From contig JACRFL010000001.1 of NCBI GenBank assembly GCA_016217905.1, positions 18,287 through 82,286 of the forward strand: a stretch of DNA of 64,000 bases. The letters are read 5' to 3'. The position numbers and the translations under genes were made by a program. Position 1 is the first letter of the stretch. Every line of letters starts with the position of its first letter. This DNA is from Candidatus Kaiserbacteria bacterium. Its GTDB lineage: Bacteria; Patescibacteriota; Minisyncoccia; Phycocordibacterales; Phycocordibacteraceae. The notes below the pieces were generated by a model that was given only the letters and a program-made list of their open reading frames with translations, was not told the DNA's origin and searched no databases. Of the stretch, positions 46,101 to 57,172 are shown piece by piece.

Positions 46101-47462
46101 ATGGCCACCCCTGCGGAGCGCGTCCCCCCGCAATCGCTCGAATCGGAGCGGGCGCTCCTTGGCGCGCTCCTCCTCAAGCCGGACGCCATTCACGACGTCT
46201 CGGATCTCATCCGCGCCGATTCTTTCTACGCGGAGAAACACCGGCTCATTTTCGGCGCGATGCGCGAGCTCGCCGAGCGCGGAGAACCGATTGATCAACT
46301 CTCGCTCTCCGAGCGGCTGCAGAACCAGGGACTGCTCGAGCGCGCCGGCGGCAGGAGTTATCTCGCGGAGCTCGCCGGCTCGGCACCCGCCCCCGGCAAC
46401 TTCCCCCACTACGCCGAGCTCGTGTCGCGGAAATATCTGATGCGCTCCTTGATCGACGCCGCGTACGGCATTACCGAATCGGCGTATGACGATGCGCGCG
46501 AGACGATGGAGGTCCTCGACGAAGCCGAGAAAAGCATCTACGCCATCGGCAACGCCTCCGCCGCGCACAAATTCACCGCGATCGGCGACAAGATCCACGA
46601 GGCGTGGGAGCGCATCGAAGCGCTCTCCCACAAGGAAGGCGGCATTCGTGGAGTTCCTTCTGGCTTCCCCGCTCTCGATAATCTCCTCTCCGGTTTCCAC
46701 CCCTCCGATCTCGTTATCATCGCGGCGCGCCCCTCGATGGGCAAGACGTCGCTCGCGCTTGATATCGCCCGGAACGCCGCCGTGCGCCACAATGTCCCCG
46801 TCGGCATCTTCTCGCTCGAGATGAGTTCGGAACAGCTTATCGACCGCATGCTTGCGGCCGAATCGTTTGTCAATTCCTGGAAACTGCGCACCGGCCAGGT
46901 GAAAGACGAGGAAGATTTCAGCCGCATACGCGACGCGCTCGAATCGCTTTCGAAAGCGCCCATTTTCATCGACGACAAGCCGGGCAACAATATCCTCGCG
47001 ATGCGCGCGGTCGCGCGACGCTTGAAGCGCGAGCGCGGCATCGGACTCATCATCGTCGACTATCTTCAGCTCATGTCGCCGACTTCGACCAAGTCGTCCG
47101 AGTCCCTCGTCCAGCAAGTAACCGAAATATCGCGCTCGCTCAAGTCGCTCGCGCGCGAGCTTTCCGTTCCGGTCATCGCGCTCTCGCAACTCAGTCGCGC
47201 CGTGGAGACTCGCGGCGGCAAGCCGCGCCTAAGCGATCTGCGCGATTCGGGCTCTATCGAGCAGGACGCCGATGTGGTGATGTTCATTCACCGCGAGGAC
47301 AAGCGCAACCCGGAGAGCGACCGGCCGAACATCGCCGAAATTCTGATTGAAAAGCACCGAAACGGCCCGACGGGAAAAACCGAACTCTACTTCGACGAGA
47401 AGCGCGCGACCTTCCAGCCGGTCGACACTTCGGGCTACGGCGAGTTCGCGGAGGAATTTTAA
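46101..47462 (+). CDS. dnaB: replicative DNA helicase DnaB
   Basis: ERALLGALL N-terminal domain. Walker A ARPSMGKTS. RecA-like C-terminus. No intein. Confidence 0.95.
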   Translation: MATPAERVPPQSLESERALLGALLLKPDAIHDVSDLIRADSFYAEKHRLIFGAMRELAERGEPIDQLSLSERLQNQGLLERAGGRSYLAELAGSAPAPGNFPHYAELVSRKYLMRSLIDAAYGITESAYDDARETMEVLDEAEKSIYAIGNASAAHKFTAIGDKIHEAWERIEALSHKEGGIRGVPSGFPALDNLLSGFHPSDLVIIAARPSMGKTSLALDIARNAAVRHNVPVGIFSLEMSSEQLIDRMLAAESFVNSWKLRTGQVKDEEDFSRIRDALESLSKAPIFIDDKPGNNILAMRAVARRLKRERGIGLIIVDYLQLMSPTSTKSSESLVQQVTEISRSLKSLARELSVPVIALSQLSRAVETRGGKPRLSDLRDSGSIEQDADVVMFIHREDKRNPESDRPNIAEILIEKHRNGPTGKTELYFDEKRATFQPVDTSGYGEFAEEF

Positions 47463-47468
47463 AACGAC

Positions 47469-48048
47469 ATGGACAAGATAGAGGAACTCGCCACCGCGCT
47501 TGCCCGGCTGCCCGGCATCGGGCCGCGCCAAGGGAAGCGCTTCGTCTTCTACCTCCTCGCCGCCCCTGCGGCAGAACGCGCGAAACTCGCCGAGCTCATC
47601 GCCTCGCTCGGCAAAGAGGTCCGCCAATGCCCCGACTGCCTGCGCTTCTTCAACGAATCTGCGGCGGCCCTGTGCAACTATTGCTCTGATATCAGACGCG
47701 ACGATGCGCTTTTGATGCTCGTAGAAAAAGACCAGGATCTTGTGGCGGTCGAGCGCGCCGGCACCTATAAGGGTCGCTATTTCGTGCTCGGCGGCGTGCT
47801 CACGCTCACAGGCAAGGGTGCAATCCGCGAAAAGGAGTTGGACGCCACCGTGAGGCGACGCCTTGCGGCAGGATTAAAAGAAGTCGTGCTTGCGCTCTCG
47901 GCAACCAACGAGGGAGAACACACCGCCGATCGCGTGCGTGAACTCCTCGCTCCCTATCGCGACCATGTGAAGATTTCCGTGCTCGGCCGCGGCCTCGCCA
48001 CCGGCTCCGAGCTCGAATATTCCGACGCCGAAACCCTCCGCGCTGCCC

Positions 48049-48071
<23 letters not shown>
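47469..48071 (+). CDS. recR: recombination protein RecR
   Basis: HhH LPGIGPRQ. C4 zinc finger CPDCLRF...CNYC. Toprim. Confidence 0.9.
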
Positions 48072-49464
<1,393 letters not shown>

Positions 49465-49474
49465 GTAGATTTGT

Positions 49475-49792
49475 TTAGCTAATACTGTCTATCTTCACTT
49501 TCAGAATCGGCTGGCGATGCCCTTTGCGCTTGTAGTAGCGGCTCTTCGGTTTATATTTCACCACCTCGACTTTCTTATCCAGTCCGGCCTGAACAACGGT
49601 GCCCCTGACCTCTGCGCCCTTGATAAGGGGCGCCCCGATGGTCGTGTCCGAGCCGTTGTCGACGAGGAGCACCTCGCTAAAGACAACCATGTCACCTTTT
49701 TTCAAATCAAGCGGGAGCTTCTCTATAGCGATAGTGTCGCCCTTAGCGACGACATACTGCTTCCCGCCGGTCTTGATTACGGCCACTTCCAT
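49475..49792 (-). CDS. rplU: ribosomal protein L21
   Basis: MEVAVIKTGGKQYVV...YKRKGHRQ. Confidence 0.9.
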   Translation of the reverse strand: MEVAVIKTGGKQYVVAKGDTIAIEKLPLDLKKGDMVVFSEVLLVDNGSDTTIGAPLIKGAEVRGTVVQAGLDKKVEVVKYKPKSRYYKRKGHRQPILKVKIDSIS

Positions 49793-50274
49793 AGTCCCAA
49801 CAATCTAGCATTTCCTTACGTAAAAGACAAGGCGGACGGTTGAGCACCCTCTGTCGAGCGATGCAGGCGTTCCAGAGGAGCCGCCTCAAGAAGTTGCGCG
49901 TCCTGTGGAGCGGATGCGAAAAGTAGAGTGCCGTGTCGCCCTCTTTAATGAGCACCCAGCCCGCGTCTTTCTCTCTAGCGCAACCCTCATCAGCGAGATA
50001 GGTGGTCCAGACGTTCACAGTCAGTCCGTTCGCAGTGAACGTGTAGCCTACTTCGCTTCCAACCCGAGGAGTCGGGGCAACGAGTTTGAGACGCTTCGCA
50101 TCACTCGCGAATTCGGATCGTGCAAGCGGGCGGAACCCCCCTGCGCCATAACGCCCAATAGAATTGCCCAAACTCGTTTGCGTTTGGTAACACTTTCTTC
50201 GGCATCTCTGCCTCCATTTTCCAATGAGCCAGCCGGCATTGTATATTAAAAACGAAAAACCGCCAGCACCCAAA

Positions 50275-51333
50275 CTACTCCTCCGCTGCAAGCGGTTTAT
50301 CGAGGAGTTCGGGTTCGATGCCTATTTTTGACTCGGCGATGCGGTAGACGTCCTTGTCTATCTTGCCGAGCTCCTTGTAGCCCGCGTTGTAGTGGCTGAC
50401 GGTCGTCCCGAGCGAGACGCCGAGCTTGCGGTAGAACTCTTCGTAGGTCGCGACGTGCTTCCCGAGCTCCCCTACCCGCTTCTGGATGTCCGCGGCTTTC
50501 TGCTCTATCTGGAGCGCTTTGAGCCCTTGCATCACCGTCTGGAGGTATGCGAGGAACGACGTCGGCGAAACTATGATGACCTTATATTTGCCTGCCGCCC
50601 TCTGAATCAAATTTTCATCCTCGCCGCCACCTATCTGATTAGTCAACAAATCGTAATAAATGCCTTCAGAGGGAATGAACATGAAGGCGAAGTCCATCGT
50701 GTCTTCTTCTGGGCGGATGTATTTCGCCGTCTCCTGGATGCGCAGCTTGAGATCGTTCACGAACGCTTTCTCCGCGGCCGCGCGCTCTGGCGTGCCCACC
50801 TGCGTGCTCACGAAACGGTTGTAGTTGTCGAGCGAGAATTTGGAGTCCACCGGCACGAGCTTCTTATTGATGACGATAACTGCGTCGACAATCTCTCCGT
50901 TTTTGAACGGATACTGAATCTTATAGTCCTCGGGCGACATCACATTCCGCAAGACCGTCTCCAGATAATATTCGCCGAGGATGCCGCGCTGTTTCGGGTT
51001 CTTGAGAAGGTCTTGGAGCGACTGCAGCTGCTCGGCGTAGGTCTGCGTCTGTCTGCCTATCTCTTTCACCGACGTCAGTTCCGTCGTGATCTCTTTGATG
51101 AGGCGACTGCTCTCGGAAAACTGGCGGTGTGCGTTCTCTTGCATCGCGCGGGACGATTCTGATACTCGCGCGTCGAGCGTGCGCGCGAGCTCTTGCATCT
51201 GCTGTTGGAGCAAGATCATGCTGCCTCCCCCTTCCTCCGCCGTTGCCGAGCGTCGGCGGAGTACGAAATACAGCCCGATGCCCTGCATAAACAGCATCGC
51301 GAGTATGATAAGCGCGATTGTAAACAAGTTCAC
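50275..51333 (-). CDS. rmuC: DNA recombination protein RmuC
   Basis: N-terminal TM. Long coiled coil. C-terminal RmuC nuclease-like domain FMFIPSEGIYYDLL. Confidence 0.8.
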   Translation of the reverse strand: MNLFTIALIILAMLFMQGIGLYFVLRRRSATAEEGGGSMILLQQQMQELARTLDARVSESSRAMQENAHRQFSESSRLIKEITTELTSVKEIGRQTQTYAEQLQSLQDLLKNPKQRGILGEYYLETVLRNVMSPEDYKIQYPFKNGEIVDAVIVINKKLVPVDSKFSLDNYNRFVSTQVGTPERAAAEKAFVNDLKLRIQETAKYIRPEEDTMDFAFMFIPSEGIYYDLLTNQIGGGEDENLIQRAAGKYKVIIVSPTSFLAYLQTVMQGLKALQIEQKAADIQKRVGELGKHVATYEEFYRKLGVSLGTTVSHYNAGYKELGKIDKDVYRIAESKIGIEPELLDKPLAAEE

Positions 51334-51353
51334 GGATACAGTATACTTCCCCT

Positions 51354-51809
51354 ATGGCTATCCACGAAACTCTGAAGAAATCCATCCCCGACGCGCTCCG
51401 CGCGCATGACGTCGTAAGGCTCCGGACGCTCCGCTCGCTCGTCACCGCGATGACCAACGAAGTCGTCGTCAAGAAACGTAAACCCGATGAATTCCTTACC
51501 GACGAAGAAGCGCTTGCGATTTTGAAGCGCGCCGGCAGCCAGCGCAAGGACTCCATCGAGCAGTTTGAGAAGGCGTCCCGAAACGATCTCGCGGAGCCGG
51601 AGAAGGCGGAGCTCGCCATCATAGGGTCATACCTACCCCAGATGATGAACCGCGAAGAGATTCTGCCCATCGCGAAAGCAAAAATGGCCGAGCTCGGCGT
51701 CTCGGGCAAGGCAGACGCAGGCAAATTCACCGGCGCCCTGATAAAAGAACTCGAAGGACGCGCTGACGGCGGTGACGTCAAAGCGGTCGTCGACCGCTTG
51801 CTATCATGA
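51354..51809 (+). CDS. GatB/YqeY domain protein
   Basis: LK..I..A.K..D..RL.TLR.L...M.NE pattern. 151 aa, typical YqeY length. Confidence 0.7.
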   Translation: MAIHETLKKSIPDALRAHDVVRLRTLRSLVTAMTNEVVVKKRKPDEFLTDEEALAILKRAGSQRKDSIEQFEKASRNDLAEPEKAELAIIGSYLPQMMNREEILPIAKAKMAELGVSGKADAGKFTGALIKELEGRADGGDVKAVVDRLLS

Positions 51810-51843
51810 CCGAATTGATGTTCAATGACAGACGGACCGTTAC

Positions 51844-52110
51844 TTGGAGCATACAGATATGAGCAAATTCGAGGGAAAACCAAAAGAAGTCCGGCGGGCC
51901 ATCCTCGCGGATGATCGAGGGGCGCTGAGCGCCATGGGCAAAAAGGGCGCCGAACAGGCGAACATCAACCGCGTGTTCCGAAAGGCCGCTAAAGAAAGAG
52001 TCGTGAAGGAACTCATCCGCGAACAGGCGCCGATCTACTCAGTCGGCCCGGGAGGCGACGTACTGCCCCCGGACCAGAAAGTCCTTGAAGCCCTTTCAGA
52101 AGAGGAATAG
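51844..52110 (+). CDS. hypothetical small protein (88 aa)
   Basis: ORF followed 17 nt later by a strong UUCG-tetraloop terminator. No family recognised. Confidence 0.45.
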   Translation: MEHTDMSKFEGKPKEVRRAILADDRGALSAMGKKGAEQANINRVFRKAAKERVVKELIREQAPIYSVGPGGDVLPPDQKVLEALSEEE

Positions 52111-52127
52111 TCACAAATGGCGGACGC

Positions 52128-52158
52128 GCGGGCAGCTTCGGCTCCCGCACTTTTTTTA
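52128..52158 (+). terminator. rho-independent terminator GCGGG(C)AGC-UUCG-GCU-CCCGC plus ACTTTTTTATT
   Basis: Hairpin with UUCG tetraloop and 7-T tract, read from the sequence. Confidence 0.75.
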
Positions 52159-52203
52159 TTGTAAACTTCCCCCTCTTCCTTTTTTCTGTTATAAAACACT
52201 CAC

Positions 52204-52275
52204 GGCCTCATCGTCTAACGGCTAGGACAGCGCCCTCTCACGGCGTAAATCGGGGTTCGATTCCCCGTGAGGTCA
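52204..52275 (+). tRNA. tRNA-Glu (anticodon CTC)
   Basis: Manually folded. Acceptor GGCCTCA/TGAGGTC (one G-U). D-arm GTCT-AACGGCTA-GGAC. Anticodon stem GCGCC/GGCGT with loop CTCTCAC. T-arm CGGGG-TTCGATT-CCCCG. 72 nt. CCA not encoded. Confidence 0.8.
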
Positions 52276-53547
52276 TGATTTATTTATCCACTTCTTCTCC
52301 TGACGGGCCAGCCGCGTCGTGTCGGAAGGATCAGCGAGGAGTGCTTTGACGATGTGTTCGGTGCGGATCGACTGCGACCCTTTCACGAGCACGACGTCGC
52401 CCCGGCGCACGTAGCCGACAAGCGCGGACGCGGCGTCGCGGGAATTGTCGAAGAGAAGAACTTCCCTGTTACCCGCTACGGAGGCGAGTGCGCGGGCGCG
52501 GATACCGACGGCCGCGATGACGTCAGCCGCGTCCCGCGCGAGCGCACCGATGCGCTCGTGCTCCATGACCGAATAGCGGCCGAGCTCGAGCATGTCGCCG
52601 AGGACGGCGATGCGGCGTTTCGCATGGGGGAATGATTTGAGCATCGCAAGCGCCTCCTCGACTGCCGCTGGCGACGCATTGTAAGAATCATCGACGACAA
52701 CCGAGTCGTTCTTCCCGGCGAAAATGCGCCCGCGGCCCGGCGGCGGCTCGTAGCCCTCAAGCGCAGCAAGCGCGTCGACGAGCGGTATCGAAAACGCATG
52801 GGCCGTCGCGAGCGCGGCGGCAACCGGGAGAAGCTGCACTCTTCCCGCAGATCCTTTCACAACACACGTCCCGCGCTCGCCGGCCGCGCACACTTTCGCT
52901 TGCATGCCGATGACCCTCCCTCGCTCTTCGTAAAAATCGCTATCGCTTATCCGTACCGAGGCATCTTCGGCAAAACCGTACGAGATGACGCGAGCGGGCA
53001 TGCGCAGCGCGCTGTCGAGCGCGTACGCATCATCAGCGGGGACGACAAGCGGGGCGGCGGCGGCAAGAGCATAGGCGGGAGAAAATTCTTCCTCCCACAC
53101 CGCCTCGGGCGAAGCATAGGCTTCGACATGCACGGGGATCTTGGGCGTTCGCGTCATCACGACGACGTTCGGCGTCGCGATGCGCAGGATGCGCGCGAGG
53201 TCGCCCGGTCGATCCGCTCCGACCTCAAGCACCAGCATGTTCGGATACTGATTCGGCAGGAGAATGAGCGCGAGAGCGCTTTTCACCACGGAGAGCCACG
53301 CGAGCGGATTGTTCCAGGGGTTCTCCGCGCCGAGGATAGTGAACGGAACACCGAATTCGCTGTTGAAGCTCTTTTCACTCTTGCGGACGAAAAAGCGGGT
53401 GCCGAGCACTGCCGCCACCGCGTCCTTTGTCGATGTTTTCCCCACCGACCCGCTTACCATCACGACCTTCGGGGAGTAGCGTCGGACGACGGCCCGCGAG
53501 AGGAGCGCGAGCGCGGAAACGACGCAGAATTTCAGTATGGTTTTCAT
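52273..53547 (-). CDS. murF: UDP-MurNAc-tripeptide--D-Ala-D-Ala ligase MurF, lacking the N-terminal substrate-binding domain
   Basis: Begins near the P-loop VMVSGSVGKTSTKD. DDSYNASP. Mur ligase central and C-terminal domains. Abuts ftsI, so no room for domain 1. Confidence 0.8.
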   Translation of the reverse strand: MKTILKFCVVSALALLSRAVVRRYSPKVVMVSGSVGKTSTKDAVAAVLGTRFFVRKSEKSFNSEFGVPFTILGAENPWNNPLAWLSVVKSALALILLPNQYPNMLVLEVGADRPGDLARILRIATPNVVVMTRTPKIPVHVEAYASPEAVWEEEFSPAYALAAAAPLVVPADDAYALDSALRMPARVISYGFAEDASVRISDSDFYEERGRVIGMQAKVCAAGERGTCVVKGSAGRVQLLPVAAALATAHAFSIPLVDALAALEGYEPPPGRGRIFAGKNDSVVVDDSYNASPAAVEEALAMLKSFPHAKRRIAVLGDMLELGRYSVMEHERIGALARDAADVIAAVGIRARALASVAGNREVLLFDNSRDAASALVGYVRRGDVVLVKGSQSIRTEHIVKALLADPSDTTRLARQEKKWINKS

Positions 53548-55301
53548 GAAAGCGGCGTTGCGGCGGGAGCCGCTTCAGAGGGCAGGCCGCGATCGGGCGG
53601 CACGGCGTAATAGTCGATGAGAAAATGCACGAGGTCAAGGAAGGCGGCGTTGAGCGTCTCCGACGCGTACTCGACGTGCTGCGGATCGTTCGTGTACAGC
53701 AAGATAATGAAGCGCGGATTATATGAAGGGAAAAACCCGACAAACGAGTGGAAAAAGCGGTCGGTGAAATATCCGCCCCTCCCGTTGGTGAGCTGCGCCG
53801 TGCCCGTCTTCGCCGCGACCGACATGGTGGGAATCTTCGCCTTACCGTTTTCGAGCTTCTCGTCGACGACGGCCGTCATCATGCGCGTCGTCTCGCGCAC
53901 GGCCTCCGGAGAGAAGACGGCGACCCTTTCTTCCGAGTCGAGCTTTCGCTCTATGCCGGAATTGAGTCGTATCGCTCTTGCGAGATGCGGCGTAACCATA
54001 ACGCCGCCGTTCGCGAGCGCGCCAAGCGCGCGGACCATCTGTACCGGTGTCATCGCGATTCCCTGCCCATAGGCCGCCGTATCGTACCCGACCTGCTGGG
54101 GCTTCGAGAGGTTCCCGAGAAGCGCGCCCGTCTCGCTCGAGAGGTCGATGCCCGTCTTCTGCCCGAAGAGCGCGGTGAAGTACTTCCGAAACCGTTCTTG
54201 CCCGAGCTCCGTCGCGACCCATGCCGCGCCGACGTTCAGCGACTGGACGATAATCTGCTTCAGAGGGATCACGCCGCGCGGCTTCAGGTCCCAATTGCAC
54301 AGGCGCGCTGTGTTCACTGTGATGCATCCGGTATCGTTGTAGGTCGTCTCCGGCGTGACGACTCCGGCATCGAGCGCCGCCGCCAAGGTGAGAGGCTTCA
54401 TGATGGACCCGAACTCGTGCACGTGTTCGACGAGCGGATTCCCGAGAAGCGACGGATCGACATTCCGCAGATCGTTCCCGTCGTAGGACGGATAGGCCGC
54501 AAGCGCGATGATCTCGCCCGTCGAGGGGTTCATTATGATTCCTCCGGATTCTTTGCTTGTGTAGCGCGTCGTCACTTCTGCAAGATCATGCTCGAGCCGA
54601 AGCTGGACCTCGGGCTCGATGCTCGTTACGATGTCGCCCTCGCGCGCATCCTTCGCGTCGACGAGCAAGTTGCCGACGTTGGAGAAGAGCTGTGCGAAGA
54701 AGTTCTTGTAGAGCGAGTCGCCGGTGCGCGAAAGAGTGCCGTCATACACGGTCTCGAGGCCGGTCTGGCCGACGAGCGCGTCGCCCGAGCCGTAAGAGAC
54801 GATCCCGACCGATTGTGCGGCGAGCGAGCCGCCGGGATAATAGCGCCAGCGTTCGCGCAGTACCAGAATACCGGGGACATTCCGCGCGGCGAGCGCCCGG
54901 CCCGCCTCCTCGGGAAGGCGGTGCGCGACCTCAATGTACGTCTGCCCTTTCTTCGCCGCGGCCGCAAGGAACGCGTCGCGGCTCACGAGGGTCGAAGATG
55001 CCGCCGCGGCTATCGCGGCGTACGCGCTCTCGGGGTCGGCGAGCGTCTGCGGATTGATCGCGACGAGAAAACCGGTCGCCAGAGTCGCGGCGGAAATGAG
55101 CGCTCCGTCCTTGCGGGTGAGGTAGATCGATCCGCGGTCGAAGAGCCCGCTCCCGCCGGAAGCGAATTGCCGATCGGCTTTCCGCGCGTAATCCTCCCCG
55201 TACACGATCTGAAGGAAATATAAACGCAGGAGAATAAGGAGCGCGATAAGGAGAACGAAAAAAAGTATGAGGCGTATGCGCGAGCGGAATTGCGCGCGCA
55301 T
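53544..55301 (-). CDS. ftsI: class B penicillin-binding protein FtsI (transpeptidase)
   Basis: Start taken at the ATG overlapping the ftsL stop. TM, then PBP dimerisation domain. SIMKP (SxxK). SxN. KTGTA. Confidence 0.85.
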   Translation of the reverse strand: MRAQFRSRIRLILFFVLLIALLILLRLYFLQIVYGEDYARKADRQFASGGSGLFDRGSIYLTRKDGALISAATLATGFLVAINPQTLADPESAYAAIAAAASSTLVSRDAFLAAAAKKGQTYIEVAHRLPEEAGRALAARNVPGILVLRERWRYYPGGSLAAQSVGIVSYGSGDALVGQTGLETVYDGTLSRTGDSLYKNFFAQLFSNVGNLLVDAKDAREGDIVTSIEPEVQLRLEHDLAEVTTRYTSKESGGIIMNPSTGEIIALAAYPSYDGNDLRNVDPSLLGNPLVEHVHEFGSIMKPLTLAAALDAGVVTPETTYNDTGCITVNTARLCNWDLKPRGVIPLKQIIVQSLNVGAAWVATELGQERFRKYFTALFGQKTGIDLSSETGALLGNLSKPQQVGYDTAAYGQGIAMTPVQMVRALGALANGGVMVTPHLARAIRLNSGIERKLDSEERVAVFSPEAVRETTRMMTAVVDEKLENGKAKIPTMSVAAKTGTAQLTNGRGGYFTDRFFHSFVGFFPSYNPRFIILLYTNDPQHVEYASETLNAAFLDLVHFLIDYYAVPPDRGLPSEAAPAATPLS

Positions 55302-55302
55302 A

Positions 55303-55596
55303 CTAGCGCGAGGCGGTCGCGCTCTGCGCGCGCACGAATGTCTGGACGGAGGGTTTCGCGTAGCCGGCTGCGGCATAGTCCGTCCGAGTGATGTCTGCCA
55401 TGCCAGCGAGATATTCCGACTCAAGAGCGGCGACCGCGGCCTCCTCGTTTCTCACCGATTGCGAGAACTCGACGGTGAGCGCCGCGTAGCTCATCACCAC
55501 TGCGATGAGGCCGATGTAAGCGACAAGAAGGACTCCGACCGCGCCGAGGCAGGCCGATAGCGGGGAAAACAGGAGACGGAAGCGGGCGCTACGCAT
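55303..55596 (-). CDS. ftsL: cell division protein FtsL-like (small bitopic membrane protein)
   Basis: 98 aa from the internal ATG. Short N-terminal tail, TM GAVGVLLVAYIGLIAVVMSY, then short periplasmic coiled-coil-like segment. Canonical position between rsmH and ftsI. Confidence 0.6.
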   Translation of the reverse strand: MRSARFRLLFSPLSACLGAVGVLLVAYIGLIAVVMSYAALTVEFSQSVRNEEAAVAALESEYLAGMADITRTDYAAAGYAKPSVQTFVRAQSATASR

Positions 55597-56566
55597 ACAC
55601 CGGGATAGATTCCAACGAATCGGCCATGCTCGCTTTCGGGACGGTGACGACCCGCTCGAACACGCGCAGTTTCGCGCTCCTCGCGCGGCGGTTCGCAAGA
55701 ATTTCGAAGCGCGAAGGAACGATCGGCTTTTTCGGGCGTACCGCGCCAAGTCCCGCCTGCGCCGCGTCGCGTAGCAGGTTCTTCACCACGCGATCCTCGA
55801 CGCTGTGAAATGAGATCACCGCCAGCCTTCCCCCGGGAGCGAGCGCGCGCAAGGCGGCGGCAAGCCCCTCGCGGAGCGCGCCGATCTCGTCGTTTACCGC
55901 GATGCGCAGCGCCTGGAACGTCTTTGTCGCCGGGTGAATCTTCCGTTGCCGATACCACTGCGGCACGCCCGTGAGAATGGCGTTCACGAGGACGCCGGTC
56001 GTCAGGATCCGTCCGCGGGAACGCTCCGCGACAATCGCCTGCGCGATAGAATGCGCAAAGAGCTCTTCGCCGTACGTGAAAATAAGGTCGGCGAGATCTT
56101 CTTTCGAAAAAGTGTTGACGATATCGGCGGCCGTCTCGCTTGTCCTGAGTCCGGTCGAGGGACCGCCTTCGCCGTAGGTCATAAGAAGCGGTTCATCGCG
56201 CCGGAAGGAGAATCCGCGCGGCGAGCCGATCTGGTAGCCGCTCCAGCCGAGGTCGAAGAGAATCTTGTCGACCGGGACGATATTGAGCCGTTCCAGGATC
56301 CGCGCAAGATTGCGGAAATTGTCGTTGATAAGGTGCGCCACCGGGCGCTCGGGCCGGCGATCGTTCCCGTACGCTTCTCGCGCGCGCTCGACCGCCGCCG
56401 GATCGGCGTCGATGCCGACGATCGTGCCGTCTCCGCCGAGCCTGCTCAAGATCTCCTTGAAATGTCCCGCTCCGCCGAGCGTCGCGTCGACGACGGTATC
56501 GCTTGGCTGTATGTGAAGCACCTCCAGCACTTCCTTCACAAGCACGCTGTCGTGACGGGCTTCCAT
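55589..56566 (-). CDS. rsmH: 16S rRNA (cytosine1402-N4)-methyltransferase
   Basis: HDSVLVKEVLEVL. VDATLGGAGH. SAM-MTase motifs. Confidence 0.95.
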   Translation of the reverse strand: MEARHDSVLVKEVLEVLHIQPSDTVVDATLGGAGHFKEILSRLGGDGTIVGIDADPAAVERAREAYGNDRRPERPVAHLINDNFRNLARILERLNIVPVDKILFDLGWSGYQIGSPRGFSFRRDEPLLMTYGEGGPSTGLRTSETAADIVNTFSKEDLADLIFTYGEELFAHSIAQAIVAERSRGRILTTGVLVNAILTGVPQWYRQRKIHPATKTFQALRIAVNDEIGALREGLAAALRALAPGGRLAVISFHSVEDRVVKNLLRDAAQAGLGAVRPKKPIVPSRFEILANRRARSAKLRVFERVVTVPKASMADSLESIPVYA

Positions 56567-56571
56567 GAGAC

Positions 56572-57003
56572 TTAGGCGGATTCGCCGCTCGCCGTCTCGG
56601 CGAGCGCCTCCGCGTCGCGCTCAATGGCCCGCGTGTACCTCTTCCACGCGCCTTCTTCCCAGATCTCGACCCGATCCGCGACGCCGGCGATGACGGCCCT
56701 GCCGGAGAGGCCGGCAAATGACTTGAGGTTTTCCGGTATTAGAACCCGGCCGGCCTTGTCGATGTCGCTCTCGAACGAACCCGCAAGGAAAAGGCGCGCG
56801 AGGCCGCGCGAGGCCGCGCTCCCGCTCACTTGCGCGGCGTAATGCGCGGCCTCGCGTTCCCAGGCCTTGCGCGCGAAGACGTACAGACAATGATCAAGGC
56901 CGCGTGTCACCACGACAACGCGGCCGAGATCCTTCCGGAATTTCGAAGGGATCGAAATTCTATTCTTAGAATCGAAAGTGTGTAGATATTCTCCGAGGAA
57001 CAT
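56572..57003 (-). CDS. mraZ: transcriptional regulator MraZ
   Basis: Start at the internal ATG (MFLGEYLHTFDSKNRISIPSKFR). Duplicated DxxxR MraZ motifs. Confidence 0.85.
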   Translation of the reverse strand: MFLGEYLHTFDSKNRISIPSKFRKDLGRVVVVTRGLDHCLYVFARKAWEREAAHYAAQVSGSAASRGLARLFLAGSFESDIDKAGRVLIPENLKSFAGLSGRAVIAGVADRVEIWEEGAWKRYTRAIERDAEALAETASGESA

Positions 57004-57036
57004 AGCGGAAGATGGCGATGCGACGAGGGAACAGGC

Positions 57037-57090
57037 CACCACTCCCGTATCCCACTCCACTCACCATCGTTGGAGTATATCCCACTCTCC
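57037..57090 (-). promoter_or_regulatory. candidate MraZ operator: direct repeats of TATCCCACTC (top strand; GAGTGGGATA on the mraZ strand) spaced 30 bp, plus a third CCACT unit
   Basis: Read from the sequence immediately upstream of mraZ. E. coli MraZ binds TGGGN direct repeats in the same position. Confidence 0.45.
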
Positions 57091-57172
57091 CCCACAGCCC
57101 TGCGTTGGTTATCCACAGCACGCAGCGGCGCGGCCTTGTAGGCCGCGCCGCTGTTCCAGAAACCGTATCCTG

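Noticed and set aside
49793-50274. RNase P RNA, SRP RNA, tmRNA or 6S RNA in the rplU-rmuC gap.
   Set aside because: None of the hallmark conserved motifs could be found by eye, i.e. no GGAAAGUCCGG or SRP domain IV AGGUCAGGUCCGGAAGG-like sequence. Left as an unresolved region.
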